DNA of 64,000 nucleotides from NCBI RefSeq assembly GCF_009914755.1, contig NC_060939.1. One strand, given 5' to 3'. The notes under the pieces were generated by a model. That model was given only the letters and a program-made list of their open reading frames with translations. It was not told the DNA's origin and did no database searches. The translations under genes and the position numbers were made by a program. Source of the stretch: the human T2T-CHM13v2.0 reference genome, Homo sapiens. Position 1 is the stretch's first letter. Each line of letters starts with the position of its first letter. This document shows, one piece after another, positions 29,331 to 45,790 of this stretch.

Positions 29331-29599
29331 GAAGCACACATTTACAAACAACAAACATGTTCATTATAAATTGTAACATCTATACCTGTGCGTGATGAAG
29401 CAACTACAGGAAAACCTCCGATTAGTAACCAAGGTTTGCTCACTCCAGCAACTTGAAATTGAGCATTTTATAGCAGCAGGTGACTTCAGAGACTGGCCAA
29501 GCAAAAACCTCATCTAATAGGTGAGAAACAAATGATGGGGGCAGCAAGGTCGGTGGATTTGTGTGGTGAACTGGGAAGGCTGACATCCAGGCAAGCAGG

Positions 29600-29745
29600 T
29601 GTAACTCTGGATAGGGTCAGACCCCAGCCTCCACCTCTAGCTAGCTCTGTAACCTTCTTTTCCCCACTTCCCAATCTGTGGAATGGGATTAAAGTCCATC
29701 TTGCTGCAATGTTGTGAAAATTATATAGGATGTATAAAAACCACA
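29600..29745 (+). mobile_element. MIR fragment
   Basis: ctagctctgtaacctt...caatctgtggaatgggatt...gttgtgaaaatt. Confidence 0.55.
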
Positions 29746-30106
29746 TAATTCAGATCAGACTTCCATATGTGTCATAGTATTGCTATTATTATTAATGGTC
29801 AAAGCCACTGTGCTCATTAGCAGGATCCCTCATTTCTCATCCAGATTGATTTTTTTTCCACTGCCCTAATGAGTAGGGAATGTTTCTTTAAAATATATAT
29901 ACTCATGGCACTTAGGGCTCAAGCTTCTCAAGTGAGAAGCATTTGCTCTTAATTAGTCCAAACAGATGCAGTGGGTTGAACTTTGTGGTTGTTTATGAGG
30001 CTGATGGAAGTAACAATCAGCCCAAGAACCAGGAGGATTCAAGATGCCACTTTGGAGTTTTTTGTGAAATGCATACCCTGAGTGGTGTGACTCAGTCTCT
30101 CCTGGT

Positions 30107-30399
30107 ATTTATTTATGAGACGGAGTCTGCTCTGTTGCCTAGTCTGGAGTGCAGTGGCGCGATCTTGGCTCACCGCAACCTCCGCCTTCTGGATTCAAAG
30201 CAGTTCTTCCTGCCTCAGCCTCCCAAGTAGCTGGGATTACAGGCACCCACCACCACACCCGGCTACTTTTTGTAGTTTTAGTAGAGACAGGGTTTCCCCA
30301 TGTTGGCCAGGCTGGTCTTGAACTACTGACCTCAGGTGATCCGCCCGCCTCGGCCTCTGAAAGTGCTGGGATTACAGGCATGAGCTACCGCGCCTGGCC
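30107..30399 (-). mobile_element. Alu (AluS-like)
   Basis: Antisense dimer; TSD ctctcctggt. Confidence 0.95.
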
Positions 30400-32119
30400 T
30401 CTCCTGGTTTCCAAAACTGGTGTTTTCAAATGTCACAGGCCAGGGACAGATGTTGTATACGTTATTACTGCTGCCCCGAGGGCAAATACTCTGAAAACTA
30501 AAGAATCTTTGAAACTTCAGTCTAGAGTTTAATATTGCTCCCTCTGAGCTCCTAAACAGATGATATTAGTGCTGAAACTGCTTTGTCTGTATTTTCAGGA
30601 AACAGACTGTTACTCATACCTTTGCAGCCTCTCTCATTAACCCCCCTGAGAGACCTCTGCTGCTGGGAGAGTCCCAGGAGTAAAAGGGATGGGGGAGGAA
30701 GGGAAAGCAATGGAAGGATCCGGGTGGGTAAATTGGAAATACAGAACCTCCTGGTGTGGCCCTGAGCACCATCGTGGGTGCTTGAGTACGTGGGTTCGTG
30801 GCATTCACATTCCCACAAGAAATGAGATGCTAAATTGCTAATGGCTTCCCAGGGGTTTAGTTCCCTGCTGCTATGCCTTCCATGATTTCATCAGAGTTTA
30901 GGCGCATTAAAATATCACAATTTAGGCCCACATGTGCGGCATTCACTCATGTTCCTGACATTGATGCTGAAATCCTGTAAGGAAGAAAAACTTCTTTTCC
31001 TTGTAATCCGACTGCAATTGTCAGTGTCAACGGACAATTTCAAGTGGGATCCCTCTTACTCTAAGAAGCAGTGATATCTGTGGCTTAAGTTGTTGTAGTG
31101 ATACACAGAACAAGTTTGGCTTGTTGCTTTTAATTCTCAGAATTTGTGTCTTTTCCACATTAATTTGTTTTCCATCTCTCCAACCTAATTCAGCCTTCAG
31201 TTTTATTTCATAATTGCTCATAATATTTTTAATCCCCACCCCCCATCTTTGAGCCAAATGGTCTTTAAGATTTTGAATTTCTACTGTGATTCCCGTAACT
31301 CTTTGGATGATGAAACCCCAGGCATGGTTTTTAAATCCAATCAAGCATACTGAGATGTGCGTGTCTAATGTGTCTTCAGGTAGGTGGCATCTGTAACTAG
31401 GTAGAAATCTGTTTTAAATCAATATACTTACTAGTCTGCACATTTATTCTGGGTTTTTTCAAGTTGTTGTCATAGAGCAGTCACTTATTGTCTTTCATCT
31501 TCTTGATATTTTCCTTCTGGGTTGGTAAATTTTTAGCATGTCCTCAGGTACTGTAAGAGAAAGATTTTGATTTATCTAACCTTTTACAAATTCAAGAGCA
31601 TGGCTCACGCTTCTTGAGATTGCAAGTGAGATTTTGATTGTTTCTCTGACAATTATTGATGTATGTAATATATCCAGACCTGTCGTTTACAGATCCCTTC
31701 TAGGAGGCGGAGTTGATATAAAATTGAAATAATTGCTCTCTTGGTGCCCTTTCAAAGTTGCAGTGAGATTGTTCCTCTTGGGTTAATGCTTGGGTGTTAA
31801 ACACATTTCCTTATCTAGCAAACACACTGAGAACCCATTGTGCCAGCCCCAATTCCTGGTGCTGGGCATACAGAGGGAAGTCAGAGAAGGGCCTTTTTTG
31901 TGGGAATCTGGTGATGGTGCCAAAATATGGACAGACTTTATCCTTAATGGAGCATAATAAGAAGGGCCAGGGGCTATGGAAGCCAGAGGAGAGGGACAAC
32001 TGAACTGCCTCTGGAAGGCCAGAATGGCTTCCGAGTGCAAGCAACACCTCGGCTGAGCATTACAGGAAAAACGGGAGTTAGGCAGACAGAATAGGCCAAT
32101 CAGTTTAAATGGTGCTTGA

Positions 32120-32460
<341 letters not shown>

Positions 32461-32479
32461 GTGCTTGAAAACACTCTAT

Positions 32480-32946
32480 GTAAGTTAAGATCTTGCTTGT
32501 TTACAAATAGCCAAGACCTAAATGAATAATTGCTGAAACAAGGTAGAAGCTCATTTCTTTCACATATAAAGACCAGACGTGATTTGAGGCTCTCTGTGCA
32601 TCGGCAACATAAGGTCCTGCCATCTTGTTGCACTGCCAGGTGTGGCTCCATCTCCACATGACCTCTTGGTCTAAGATGGTTGCAGGAGCTCCAGCTGCAA
32701 CAGCCTCATTCCAGGCAGCATAAACATAGAAGGGAAGGAAGAGAAGCCCTCGCCTTTTAAGGAGGCCTTTTGATGTGCCATACTTTCCTCATTGACCAAA
32801 ACATATCACATTGTTCTACATAGCTGCAAGGAAGGCTAGGGTATGAGGTCTTTGACTGCATGGCAAGGTGTCCAGGTATTATAGAAGTCAGTGTCCTTAC
32901 TGAAGAAGAAGGGGAACTACTGGGAAGCGACCAACTGTTTCTGCCC
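32480..32946 (-). mobile_element. Old ERVL/MaLR-class solo LTR (LTR33/MLT1-like)
   Basis: aagatggttgcaggagctccagc...cattccaggcagca...tagctgcaaggaaggctaggg. Confidence 0.55.
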
Positions 32947-33169
32947 TAGTGATTGAGTGTGGGGAGAAGGCTGCCTGAGCAAGGGAGAGAAGGAAAGCTT
33001 ATCTTGTTTCACAGAATAGATAAGTAAGTCAATTTGGTTTGCCAAGTGATAAGGCTGGGAAAATAAACAGATGCTGGGTTGTGGGAGGTCTTGTAAACTG
33101 TGCCCTGCAGGGGAGCTGAAGTTCTGTCCTCAGGACCATGGCGAGTGGTTGAAGGAGTGTTATCATTGA

Positions 33170-33475
33170 GGTGGAGGGAAAGGCACTGGGAGGTGAGAGC
33201 AGGCCCATCATTAGGAGGCACTCACAGTCTTTCGAAAGAAACTATGACAGCCTGAACTAGGTGGTGGAATCAGGGATAGGGAGATGTGAGCAGATTCCAG
33301 AGATATTAGAGAGGCAGAACTGGTCAGAAGTAGGTGAGATGTAGGTGATACATAGGTGTAAAGAGATTAATGATGGCAGACACCCAGGCATCTGGGTGGA
33401 TGTGACACCTTCCATTGAGATAACAGGGATTCTGGAGAAGGTGGGTGGAGAAAGTGAGCGTGGTTTGGGCATTGT
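33170..33475 (-). mobile_element. L2 fragment
   Basis: gcctgaactaggtggtgg...agattccagagatattagagagg...ctgggtggatg. Confidence 0.6.
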
Positions 33476-33502
33476 ATCTACACATACAGATTAGGTTGAC
33501 CC

Positions 33503-33720
33503 ATTTTTTTTAGCAGCTTTGATGGGATATAATTTAGATACCATAAAATACACCCATTTTAAGTGTACAGTTGGACAAGTTTTAGTAACATACAGTTGTG
33601 CAACCCTCACCATTACCCAGTGTTGGAAGACTTCCACTGTCCCAGAAAGCTCCACTGTGCCCATTTGCAGCCAAGTTCCTCCCACCCTGAGCTCCAAGGA
33701 GTCACTGATTTCATTTCTGT
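33503..33720 (-). mobile_element. Old L1 3'-end fragment
   Basis: cagctttgatgggatataattt...ataaaatacacccattttaagtgtacagtt. Confidence 0.7.
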
Positions 33721-33963
33721 CAGATCCACCTTTTAAAGTGTAAATTCAATAAAATGATGAGTGCAGTGATTCTCTGATGGGGAAGGTGTGGGGGGTTGTG
33801 GAGAGTCATGATCCCCCAGGACAGTGTACAAGAATCATCCAGGAGGCTTTGTCAGACTGCATATCTGTCCCACGCCCCCTCAAGAGTTGAGTTCCCTTCA
33901 TCTCCCCCACCCTGCAGAGTAAGCCATTGTTAGAGTCCTGAATAAGAAGTATTCAAGTTTGCT

Positions 33964-34655
<692 letters not shown>

Positions 34656-35569
34656 CGTGTGTTGGTTTTTAATAACTAGCTTGATAGATATTTTGTTTTA
34701 CTCTGTTGTTTTCAACTAGACATTGACACTCATAGAATAGAGCTCAGATTTCTGTTATGTCCCAAATACCAGATGAGATGGTGCTCAAAAGCACACACTG
34801 TATGACATGGCACTTTTTGAGGAAGTCTCCTTGATTCCCCGCAGAAAGTATCTCCATATTACCAATTGCACTCCTTGAATGAAGTTTTTCAAATGCAATT
34901 CAGCAATTTACAAATCCAAAGGGTGCCCCAGCCTCACTTGATACTATAACCATCTTTTTTGGCTGTGACTAATTCCACATGTAAACACAGATGGAGGATT
35001 CTTTTTTAGTGGCAATGCAACTCTGTTGAGTGGTTTGAGGACACACTGGTTTGAATGTCCCTGGTTTTCTTCAGGAAGACTGTTCCATCAGGGACACCTT
35101 TTCTTAGTACTTGACTTTGAACTAATTACAGATATGTGAAGCCTCTCAGACTCCATGTCAATTATCTCTATCTTTAGTAATATCAAGATTTCTTAATTAG
35201 TTGCTAAAACCATCAATACTATGAAGCTTGAGATTGCTGGTTTACAGACGAGTATTACACAGGCACTTTTTCCTCTGCTCTCTTGTCTCAAAGCATGAAG
35301 GATTCAAAGTGGCTTTTGGGTGGAGACCGTAGTTCTAACAGTTTTCCATTGCCCAAAAGGACTTTTCTACTGTCTCACCCTCCCTTGCATAGGTAGGCAA
35401 AGTGAAAATATTAAGCACCATACAACCCAAAGCTTTAAAAATCATCTTATCAAATACTCTTCAAATTCAACTTTCTTTCTAGCTTGGCAGTACTGGTATT
35501 GTAAGTCTTTGAAATCAGTGCACAGCTTCTCCAGGAAAAAAATGGCAAAGAGAGGTTACCAGGCATTTC

Positions 35570-36700
35570 TTCATCCCACGCATATTTTTTGAGCATCTAC
35601 TATGTGCTAGGCCCTGTTCTAAGCACATGGGATACAGCACTGAACAAGACAAGAAAGGTCTCTGCTTCCTGTGGTGGACATTCTGGTGGGACAAGAAACA
35701 ATAGGTAGGATGATGTCAAAGTAGTAAAGTAAAGCAGACAGAATGCTGCTAAGTGATGTGAGGAGAGTCATCAGAGAGGCCTTCAGAGGAGGTGGGATTT
35801 ACACTGCATCCCAGATAGAGAAGGGAGTAGCTGAGGCTGGGAGGACCATTCCAGACAGAAGGCCTGGCAGAGGAGAGGGCTTGGCATGCTCAAGGCATTT
35901 CCGGGAGGCTGGGGGTCTGCAGAAGAATGATTAGGGTGGGAGGAGACTGGTGTGTAATGGCGGGGTGTGGGGGGGGACCACAGGGCACCATTCAGATAAG
36001 CTGGCCTGTAGCCCACAGCAAGACATTTGGATTCTATGGTAAGGGCCATGGAAAGTCACTGGAGGAGGGGCCTTAAGCAGGCTAGAAGCATGGCGCACTT
36101 GGCTGGGTAGGAAGATTACTCTGATTGTGGAGTAAGGGCTGGACTAGGTGGGGCAAGAGGAGGCAGGGAGACAGGTTAGGAAGCCATTACATAATGGAGG
36201 TGAGAGATGACTATGGCTCTGAATTGGATAATGGTGTGGCAGGCGGAAGGAAGGAGTGGGATTGGGGGCATATTTTGGAGTTGGAGCGCTGGGCTGAGAT
36301 GACACGGTAGTAAGGAAAGAGAGGAGTCAAACATGGCAAAAAGGCTGTTAGCTAGACGACAAGATGGCAGGGGTGCTATTTACCAGGGTGGGGAGGAGAG
36401 CGTGGGGGTATGGAGAGTTCTGTTTTGAACATGTTAAGTCTAAGATGTCTAGTCATTCATTCATTCAACTCTCTTAGAATGTACATTCTGTTTCAAACAC
36501 CAAGCACTCTCACTGGAATCATAAAGATAAACAAGCCAGAGCCCTTGCCTTCTAGGCGTTCCTAGACGACTAGAGGACGTGGACCTGCAGGAAGAGGGCT
36601 GTGATGGTCATAACAGAGGGGTGTCAATGGACCAGGCATGCCCACCTGAAGCAGAGCTTAGGGATACTTAGGAGACGGGAGCTCTCCGAGCTGGGTCTTG
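35570..36700 (-). mobile_element. L2 fragments (two 3' ends)
   Basis: ttttttgagcatctactatgtgctaggccctgttctaagc...gagttctgttttgaacatgttaagt; second starts cattcattcattcaac at ~36454. Confidence 0.75.
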
Positions 36701-36946
36701 GGGGATGAGGCCAGTAGCCAAGTTTTCCCATAAGGGAGATTTCCTTTGGGCACTGGAGATGGTGGCTGTTGGGCCATAATCATCCAGCCCCAGAAGGGAG
36801 GACCTTACAGAGCAGCAATCAAACCACAGTGACTGTGGACCAAATTGAAATAGTTACAGCTACCAGATAGCACTGATTAAAAAAAAATGTACAAATATAC
36901 TATATTACATTGGCCAAAAATAATTTTGAAAAGGAAAATGTATATT

Positions 36947-37255
36947 CTTTATTTTATTATTTTATTTTTAGACAGGGTCTTACTGAGTCATCCAGGCTGG
37001 AGTGTAGTGGTGCTATCATAGCTCACTGCAGACTTGGTCTCCTGGGCTCAAGTGATCCTCCTGCCTCAGCCTCCTGAGTAGCTGAGACTACAGGTGCGTG
37101 CCACCATGGCCAGCTAATTTTTTTTATTTTTATTTTTGTAGAGGCAGGGTTTCTCTGTTGCCCAGGCTGGTCTCGAACTCCTGAGCTCAAGCGATCCTCC
37201 CACCTTAGCCTGCCAAAGTGCTGGGGATTATAGGCATGAGCCACCGCGTCCAGCC
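36947..37255 (-). mobile_element. Alu (AluJ-like)
   Basis: atcatagctcactgcagacttggtctcctgggctcaag. Confidence 0.92.
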
Positions 37256-37435
37256 AGAAAAGGTATTTTTCTATGTCTGGAGGTGTCTCTCCATGTAGGG
37301 GAATGTAGAGGAGTTAAGGAACTTGCCCAAGGTCACTCAGGTAATAAGTGTCCAGCCAGAATTTTATCCCAGTAGGTCTGGCTCCGATGCCCAGTCTTGC
37401 CCCTGCCCCTGTATGTGACATCATGGGATGATTAG

Positions 37436-37862
<427 letters not shown>

Positions 37863-38529
37863 AGAATTTTTCTATTAGGATTTTTTTTTTTTTAACTTAA
37901 AGGTTACATTTGGGGAGTAGTAATGAGGTTAGAGGAAAAGGAAACTTTAAATGTTACATGTTTCTGCTGCTTGGATTTTTTTAAGTGAGAATGTATTAAT
38001 TTGTCATTAAAATCGTAAGTTCAGGTCATCCAGGCAGGGCCAGGCCAGCATCCATGTTCCACCTGGCTGACCACCCCATTCCACCTTTGTGGAGTTCTTA
38101 GGATCCTGGGTCATTTTCCATCTGGCTGCTGCCCAAGACCATTTCGGAGCATACTTGGGTAGCAAGGACCCTCACTTTGGAGGCTTATCTTTTGTAAATT
38201 TAGTTCCTGAACCTTCTTACCTTCACCTCACACCAATCTCTATTGCCCTCACCTTGGAGCCTGAGGTCTAGAGAGAGGTCATAGAATTCTTTAATTGTTG
38301 CCCTGGGAGGAACATTCTCTATTGTCTTGCCCTGAGGGATTGCAATACAAGCCAGCAATCTTTTAGGAATCGGAACCCTAGATACTGGACAAACCTGGAA
38401 GAACTAGAGGGTACAGATGGCCCAAGCGGGGTACCTCCCGGCAGCAATAAAGGGGAAAAGGGGTGATTGGGGTTCAGACATTTCTATATTATTTACCTGA
38501 CACCATCTCATTGTGGTAAATACCTTAAC

Positions 38530-38710
38530 CATAGATGTGGCAAATAGGTTTTTACCATGAGTGCCAAATATGTTCAATGATTGTTGGCTGCCAGGAGCAC
38601 TAAATTGAGAAAACTTCTGAGACAGAGTCTGAGCTCTGCAGAGAAAAATGAATTAGTAATTGATTAGTGATAACTGCCATTGGCAAGACCATTGCCATTG
38701 CCATAGATGC
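38530..38710. mobile_element. Possible small hAT-type MITE
   Basis: Imperfect terminal inverted ends gatgtggcaa / ttgccatagatg. Confidence 0.3.
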
Positions 38711-39271
38711 CTCAAGTACGTGTGCTAGGTAGTTCTCATCCCAACTTGAGTTCAGTCCTGCCTTTGGTTTTGTCCTCAAATGAGATGAGTAATTCAGTCT
38801 CCCAGCTGATATGTCTCTCTTTCTTCCCCTACCCTCATAGCCGTTTGTTCATGTTTCTGGAACCACACTTGCCACAGCCTGCCTTGTGCCTGAGTTAGTC
38901 ACACGTGTGTCTGTCTCTCTGGAGCTCACTGCTCCAGAGCGAAGGAGTGGTGGACAGGTTTTGCTAGAGGTGACGAAGAATGGGGAGAGAGGTGAGAAGG
39001 AAGAATGGGGGGAGAGGGGACTGTCTTGAGGATGAGGAAAGGCTTCTACTGGTCCTCTTGTTTCCAACCCCACTCCACTCCATGGCATTTTATGGGGAAT
39101 GGCACACAGGGAATGCTTGTGGGATTGAACAGTGTGGAACTGAATATTCGTGGGGTCCCTGAGACATGGGCAAAATGGAGAGTCTGGAGGAAGCACAGCA
39201 AGAGAGGGGAGAAGCTGCGAAGCGGAAGCAGCCAATGTGTATGAAATATTCATTTCATTTAGTATTATCTA

Positions 39272-39561
39272 CTTATTTATTTTTTGGTTTTGAGACAGGG
39301 TCTCTCTGTTGCCCAGGCTGGAGTGCGGTGATGCAATCAGGACTCACTGCAGCCCCAACCCTCCAGCGATCCTCCCACCTCAGCCTCCCGAGTAGCTGGG
39401 ACCACAAGTGTGTGCGACTGTGTCTACATCTTTTATTGCTTGTAGAGACCGGGGTCTCCCTGTGTTACCCAGGCTGGTCTTGAATTCCTGGGCTCAAGAA
39501 ATCCTCCTGCCTTAGCATCCCAAAGTGTTGAGATTACAGGTGTGAGCCACAGTGACTGGCC
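39272..39561 (-). mobile_element. Alu (AluJ-like)
   Basis: Diverged antisense dimer. Confidence 0.9.
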
Positions 39562-39566
39562 TCAAT

Positions 39567-39974
39567 TTATTTCCATGGCTGCTGTAACAAGTCACCATAA
39601 ACTTAGTGGTTTAAAACTCAGATTTCTTATCTTATAATTGTTACAAGATAAGAAATCCAACACCCTGGAGCTGTGTTCCATTTGAAAGCTCTAAGAGAGG
39701 ATCTGTATCTGCCTTCTCCAGCTTCTAGAAGCTACCCACATCCTTTCCATCTTCAGAGCCAACAACAGAGCATCTTCAGATCTCTAGATCTCTAGATTCT
39801 CTTCTTTCAGCCACTTCTCCCACAGTTAGGGCCCCTTGTGTTTACATTGAGCCCACCAGGATGACCCCAGAGAGTCTCCCTGAATTTCCTTTGCCAGGTA
39901 AGGTGTGGTATATCCATAGGGACCGGGGATTCGGAATGGACATCTTTGAAGGAGCCACAATTCTGCCTACCACA
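39567..39974 (-). mobile_element. MaLR solo LTR (MLT1C/D-like)
   Basis: ggctgctgtaacaagtcaccataaacttagtggtttaaaac...ggacatctttg...attctgcctaccaca. Confidence 0.8.
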
Positions 39975-40109
39975 TCTTCAAAGAAGCCTACAGATGACTC
40001 TGAAGCTGCAGCCGGCGCAGTTGAGGGACGTTTCACCTGACTCAGAATCAGAGCTCCCTCCTTTGGTTTCACAAAGACCAGAGAGGCCCACAGGGCCCCA
40101 GGGGCATGA

Positions 40110-40469
<360 letters not shown>

Positions 40470-41570
40470 TGAGTACCAGCAGGAGCCTTTCTGTGGCCTG
40501 AAGACAGTCCCCTCTCTCTCAGCTCTTCTTTGGGACTTCCAGCAAAATCTGTCCAACAAGCTGAGAGTTTTTCAAGACAGGATCCTTTGCTTCTAGACAG
40601 ACACACACACACTTGAAGCTTTTAGTGAAGCAAAATTCCCTGAGGTAAATAATTACAAAAGGCCCAATGAGATGCTTGTAAATAGGGCGGAGGAGAGAAA
40701 CACAGAGAAGGAAATAGACATGAATACCTCAGAAATGTCTCAGGCCGCACCTTTTGCCCAGTTTTGCCTGGGGCCTGTCTCAGCTCCGTGAATGCCTCAT
40801 AACAACTCTGCCTGGGGTGTGCTTCCCATGTGGGCCTGGGCCATGGGAACTGATCCTCTCCAAGCCCTGGGCAGGAGGCGGCCCCCCTGGCCACTGGCTG
40901 CGATGCTCATAAATGCCCAGGCCAGGCTGGGCACGTCAGAGCGTCCGCGGGAGCTGGCGCATGTCTATAGAGCTGGCAGGGAGGCCCGTCTCAGCGTGAG
41001 AAGAGGCCTGTTTATAGTAGAACGCCCGGAAGGATTTATGGAGGGCCGGCTGCTGAAATAAAGAGTAGTCACGAAGGAGAGGTGGGCAGCCTTTGGAAGC
41101 GGGAATATTTAGTAATGACATGGGCACAAACATTGGCCAGGGAGGGCCTTCCTAGGATGTGCTGTTTTCTATTTGCTTTGTCGGGGAGGAGAGTCAGCTG
41201 CCTTTTCTTGGAAAACAGGGATAAAAAGGTGTGGATTTAATGCTTGTGAGAGGCAGAGGAGAGCCTTGAAAACGAAAATCCTTAACTCAGCCCCAGAGGC
41301 AGAGCTGGGCCCTGGCTGTGACCCTGGGGCTTGCTGTGGGGCTGAGACCTGGGGGAGAAGCCCCCTGAGTGGACAGGCCCTGGAGACCCACCCAAGCAAA
41401 TCATGCCACCCCAGAGCTAGCTGGGAAAGACTTCTGGGTTTTCCATCTTGAGTGTACTTCATTTTATCTGCAAAGATCAGCAAGACAAGCTTTTACTCTT
41501 TCCCTTCTGGGATTCTTTTTAAAATTCCTAACGCTTTTGAAAGGACATTACCTTAGAATCTAAGGCTTAG

Positions 41571-41975
<405 letters not shown>

Positions 41976-42249
41976 TCATAATGGCTCATTTCTTCATTTG
42001 CAGTTTTTGTACCTAACTCATTACATCTTCATTGGTCCTGTAACCTTGAGAGAGCAGAGGGCCTGTTCTTGTCCCCACCTGCATCAGCAGGACCTTGCCC
42101 CAGGTCTTTTGGCCAGCTTATGCAGCTGAGGGGCCACCCTGTTGCTGACCGCGAAGTGCCTGTCATGAGAACAGAAGTCTACGCCATGGAGATGGTGCCC
42201 CAGTGCTCCCAGAGCTGCCTGAGAATGGTGCAAAGAAGGAACGTTAGTC

Positions 42250-42700
42250 ACTGGGAGGCAGCATGGCGTAGTGGTTTATGGCATGGTTTCAGGAGCCAGA
42301 ATAATCATAGTTCCATTCCGGAGCTACCACGTATCAGCTACATAAGGCTGGGACCTGCTCCCTAAGCTTTCTGTTCTCAATGGCCTTATCTACTAAATGG
42401 ACCTGATAGTAATATCTAACCCATAGGGCTGGACTGGAGGAGTCAGCGAGTTATTGTTGCTAATTGGACCCCAGATCCCAGAAGCAGGACTGGTTAGGCC
42501 CAGAGTCTCACAAAATTGTTCATGAAACCCCAGGTTAGTATTTCCCAGCTATGTAACTTCGACGAGTCATTTACTATCTCTAAGCCCAGTTTTCCTGCTT
42601 GAGAAAAGAGGATAATAACGACAGCATCCTTATAGGAATGAGCGAGGACTGGATAAAATAGCACTTGTCAAATGCTTGGTACATTGTAGCTACTTGGGAC
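42250..42700 (+). mobile_element. Two MIR fragments
   Basis: gaggcagcatggcgtagtggttt...; cagctatgtaacttc...ctctaagcccagttttcct...gaggataataac. Confidence 0.65.
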
Positions 42701-42996
42701 ATGTTCACTGTCATGGGGACAATCATAAAAGCTCTTTCCCGACAGATTAGAATGGGCCCACCTAGCTGTCTTTGCAAGCAGCAAACCTCTCCCAAGTGTG
42801 AGATGTGACAAGGGGCCATCAGCCTGAGCTGAGGCATCAGGGATTCTGCTTCTAGTACATTCTCCAGCTGTGTGCATACATGCTAACATACATGCATGTG
42901 GGCACGCACACTAGCAGGGACACCTTGGGCCAGGAAGTCTCAGCCTTTTCTTGGACAATAGGCAATTGCTGTGAAAATTGGTTTCAATACTTTCTA

Positions 42997-43418
<422 letters not shown>

Positions 43419-44319
43419 TTATTTTAAAGGGTTCAATTTTCTTATTGTGTAGCAATAAGTTGATAAAAAAATTTATTTTAATGTAACTGGCTTTTAAGTC
43501 ATCAAATTTTACCTTTAACAAACTGTGTTTTTGGTTTGTTACTAACTTGATAATGTAGACATTGTCTGGTTTTAAATGGACTGTCATTATACTAGGATGA
43601 TTGGCATGGTATATTTTATTCTCTCTTTCAGAGAAATACTGATGCTCTGGAAACAAAAAATTGTTGAACTTTTATGTTTTTTAAAAAGAAAACCGATAGG
43701 CTTTTTGGTCACTTGAAAGCTGAAAACAAATTACGTTGATGTATTTAAACATGCCTCTGTGAACCATTATTTTCAAGAATGAAAAGTATGAAGAACTGGT
43801 ATTTCTAAATCATCTTAGCTGAGAGGATGGGAAATCCCAGTCTAAACACAGCCTTGCAAAAGAACGGAGAGAGAAGTCAGTGGAGAAGGAGGAAGCGTTC
43901 TGCTTGCAGGACACAGTGCCCACTGTGGCTCCCCTGGGCACAGAGGAACCCTTTCCAGGGCTGGCCTCAAACTTGATGGGCAGGCAGACCCGCAAGTGAA
44001 TGAAAGTTCCATTCATATGGCTCCTTTCATCCCAGAACCAAAAAAGACTGCTGAGCGCCCAGGTCAATGAGCCGCGGTGTAACCGCAGACGGGCAGCCAC
44101 CTCTGAGACGAAACACAAACCCAGGTTCTTGCCAGAATATTCCACCAAGGGGATGGGCAGCCGCCACACACACCTCCAAGGAGCCACGTGCCACACTCTG
44201 TTTCCCTAGATAGGCCAAATGTTTTGGCCCGTTAGCGTTCAGCTTAGCATTTTTTCCTATCTGCCTGTGTTTGTCTCTAGTCCCACTCTGATCTCCCCAG
44301 CCTGCTTGGGGCATTATAA

Positions 44320-44965
<646 letters not shown>

Positions 44966-44969
44966 AGAC

Positions 44970-45210
44970 CAGGCTCTGAATCCCAGCTGAGTGTCTTAAC
45001 CAAGAATAATTTAACATATTTATTATCTATGCATTGGAAAGTTTTAATTCTAACATCCCTTCTGGGCCTCAGTTTCCTCATTGGTAAAATCACAATAAGT
45101 GCCTGCCATATAGGTCTGTTGTGAGGATTAAATGAGATAACCTGGAGAAGGCACTCAGGACAGAGGTTGGCACCTAGTACATTCTTAATACATATTAGTT
45201 ATCATTTGTA
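44970..45210 (+). mobile_element. MIR
   Basis: gggcctcagtttcctcattggtaaaat...gttgtgaggattaaatgagataa. Confidence 0.8.
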
Positions 45211-45514
45211 TTTTTATTATCACTGGAATATGTGGGTAGCCTTCCAAGGTTTTAAATGTCCTACTTTGAAGAACAGCTGTCACTCAATGACAAGCTTCTT
45301 GCATAATGTTAAAAAATAAGTTCTACATCATCACAATCCCACAACTTTAGGAGATGACACCTTCTATAAATTTGAACATGATTGGGGTAAAGCAATTTAA
45401 AATGTGGAAATGAAATAAATGTCAGCTCAATGATCCTACCCAGCCACATGAAAAAGTGGGGAGAGATGGCCTATGCATGGGAGGTTCTATTTAATCCTTT
45501 TGATCTCCTGCAAT

Positions 45515-45790
45515 TTTTATTTCTCTCTTTAAAGTTTAATTTTAAGTTCCAGAATGCATGTGCAGAATGTGCAGCTTTGTTACATGGGCAAACATGTGCC
45601 ATGGTGATGTGCTCACCTATCAACCTGTGACCTAAGTATTAAGCCGAGCATGTATTAGCTATTTATCCTGATGCTCTCCCTCCCCCAGCCCCCAGAACAA
45701 GCCCCGGTGTGTGTTGCCCTCCCCCGGGTGTGTCCATGTGTTCTCACTGTTCATCTCTCACTTATAAATGAGGACATGTGGTGTTTGGTT
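45515..45790 (-). mobile_element. L1PA-type 3'-UTR fragment
   Basis: catgtgcagaatgtgcagctttgttacatggg...tattagctatttatcctgatgctctccctcccc. Confidence 0.85.
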
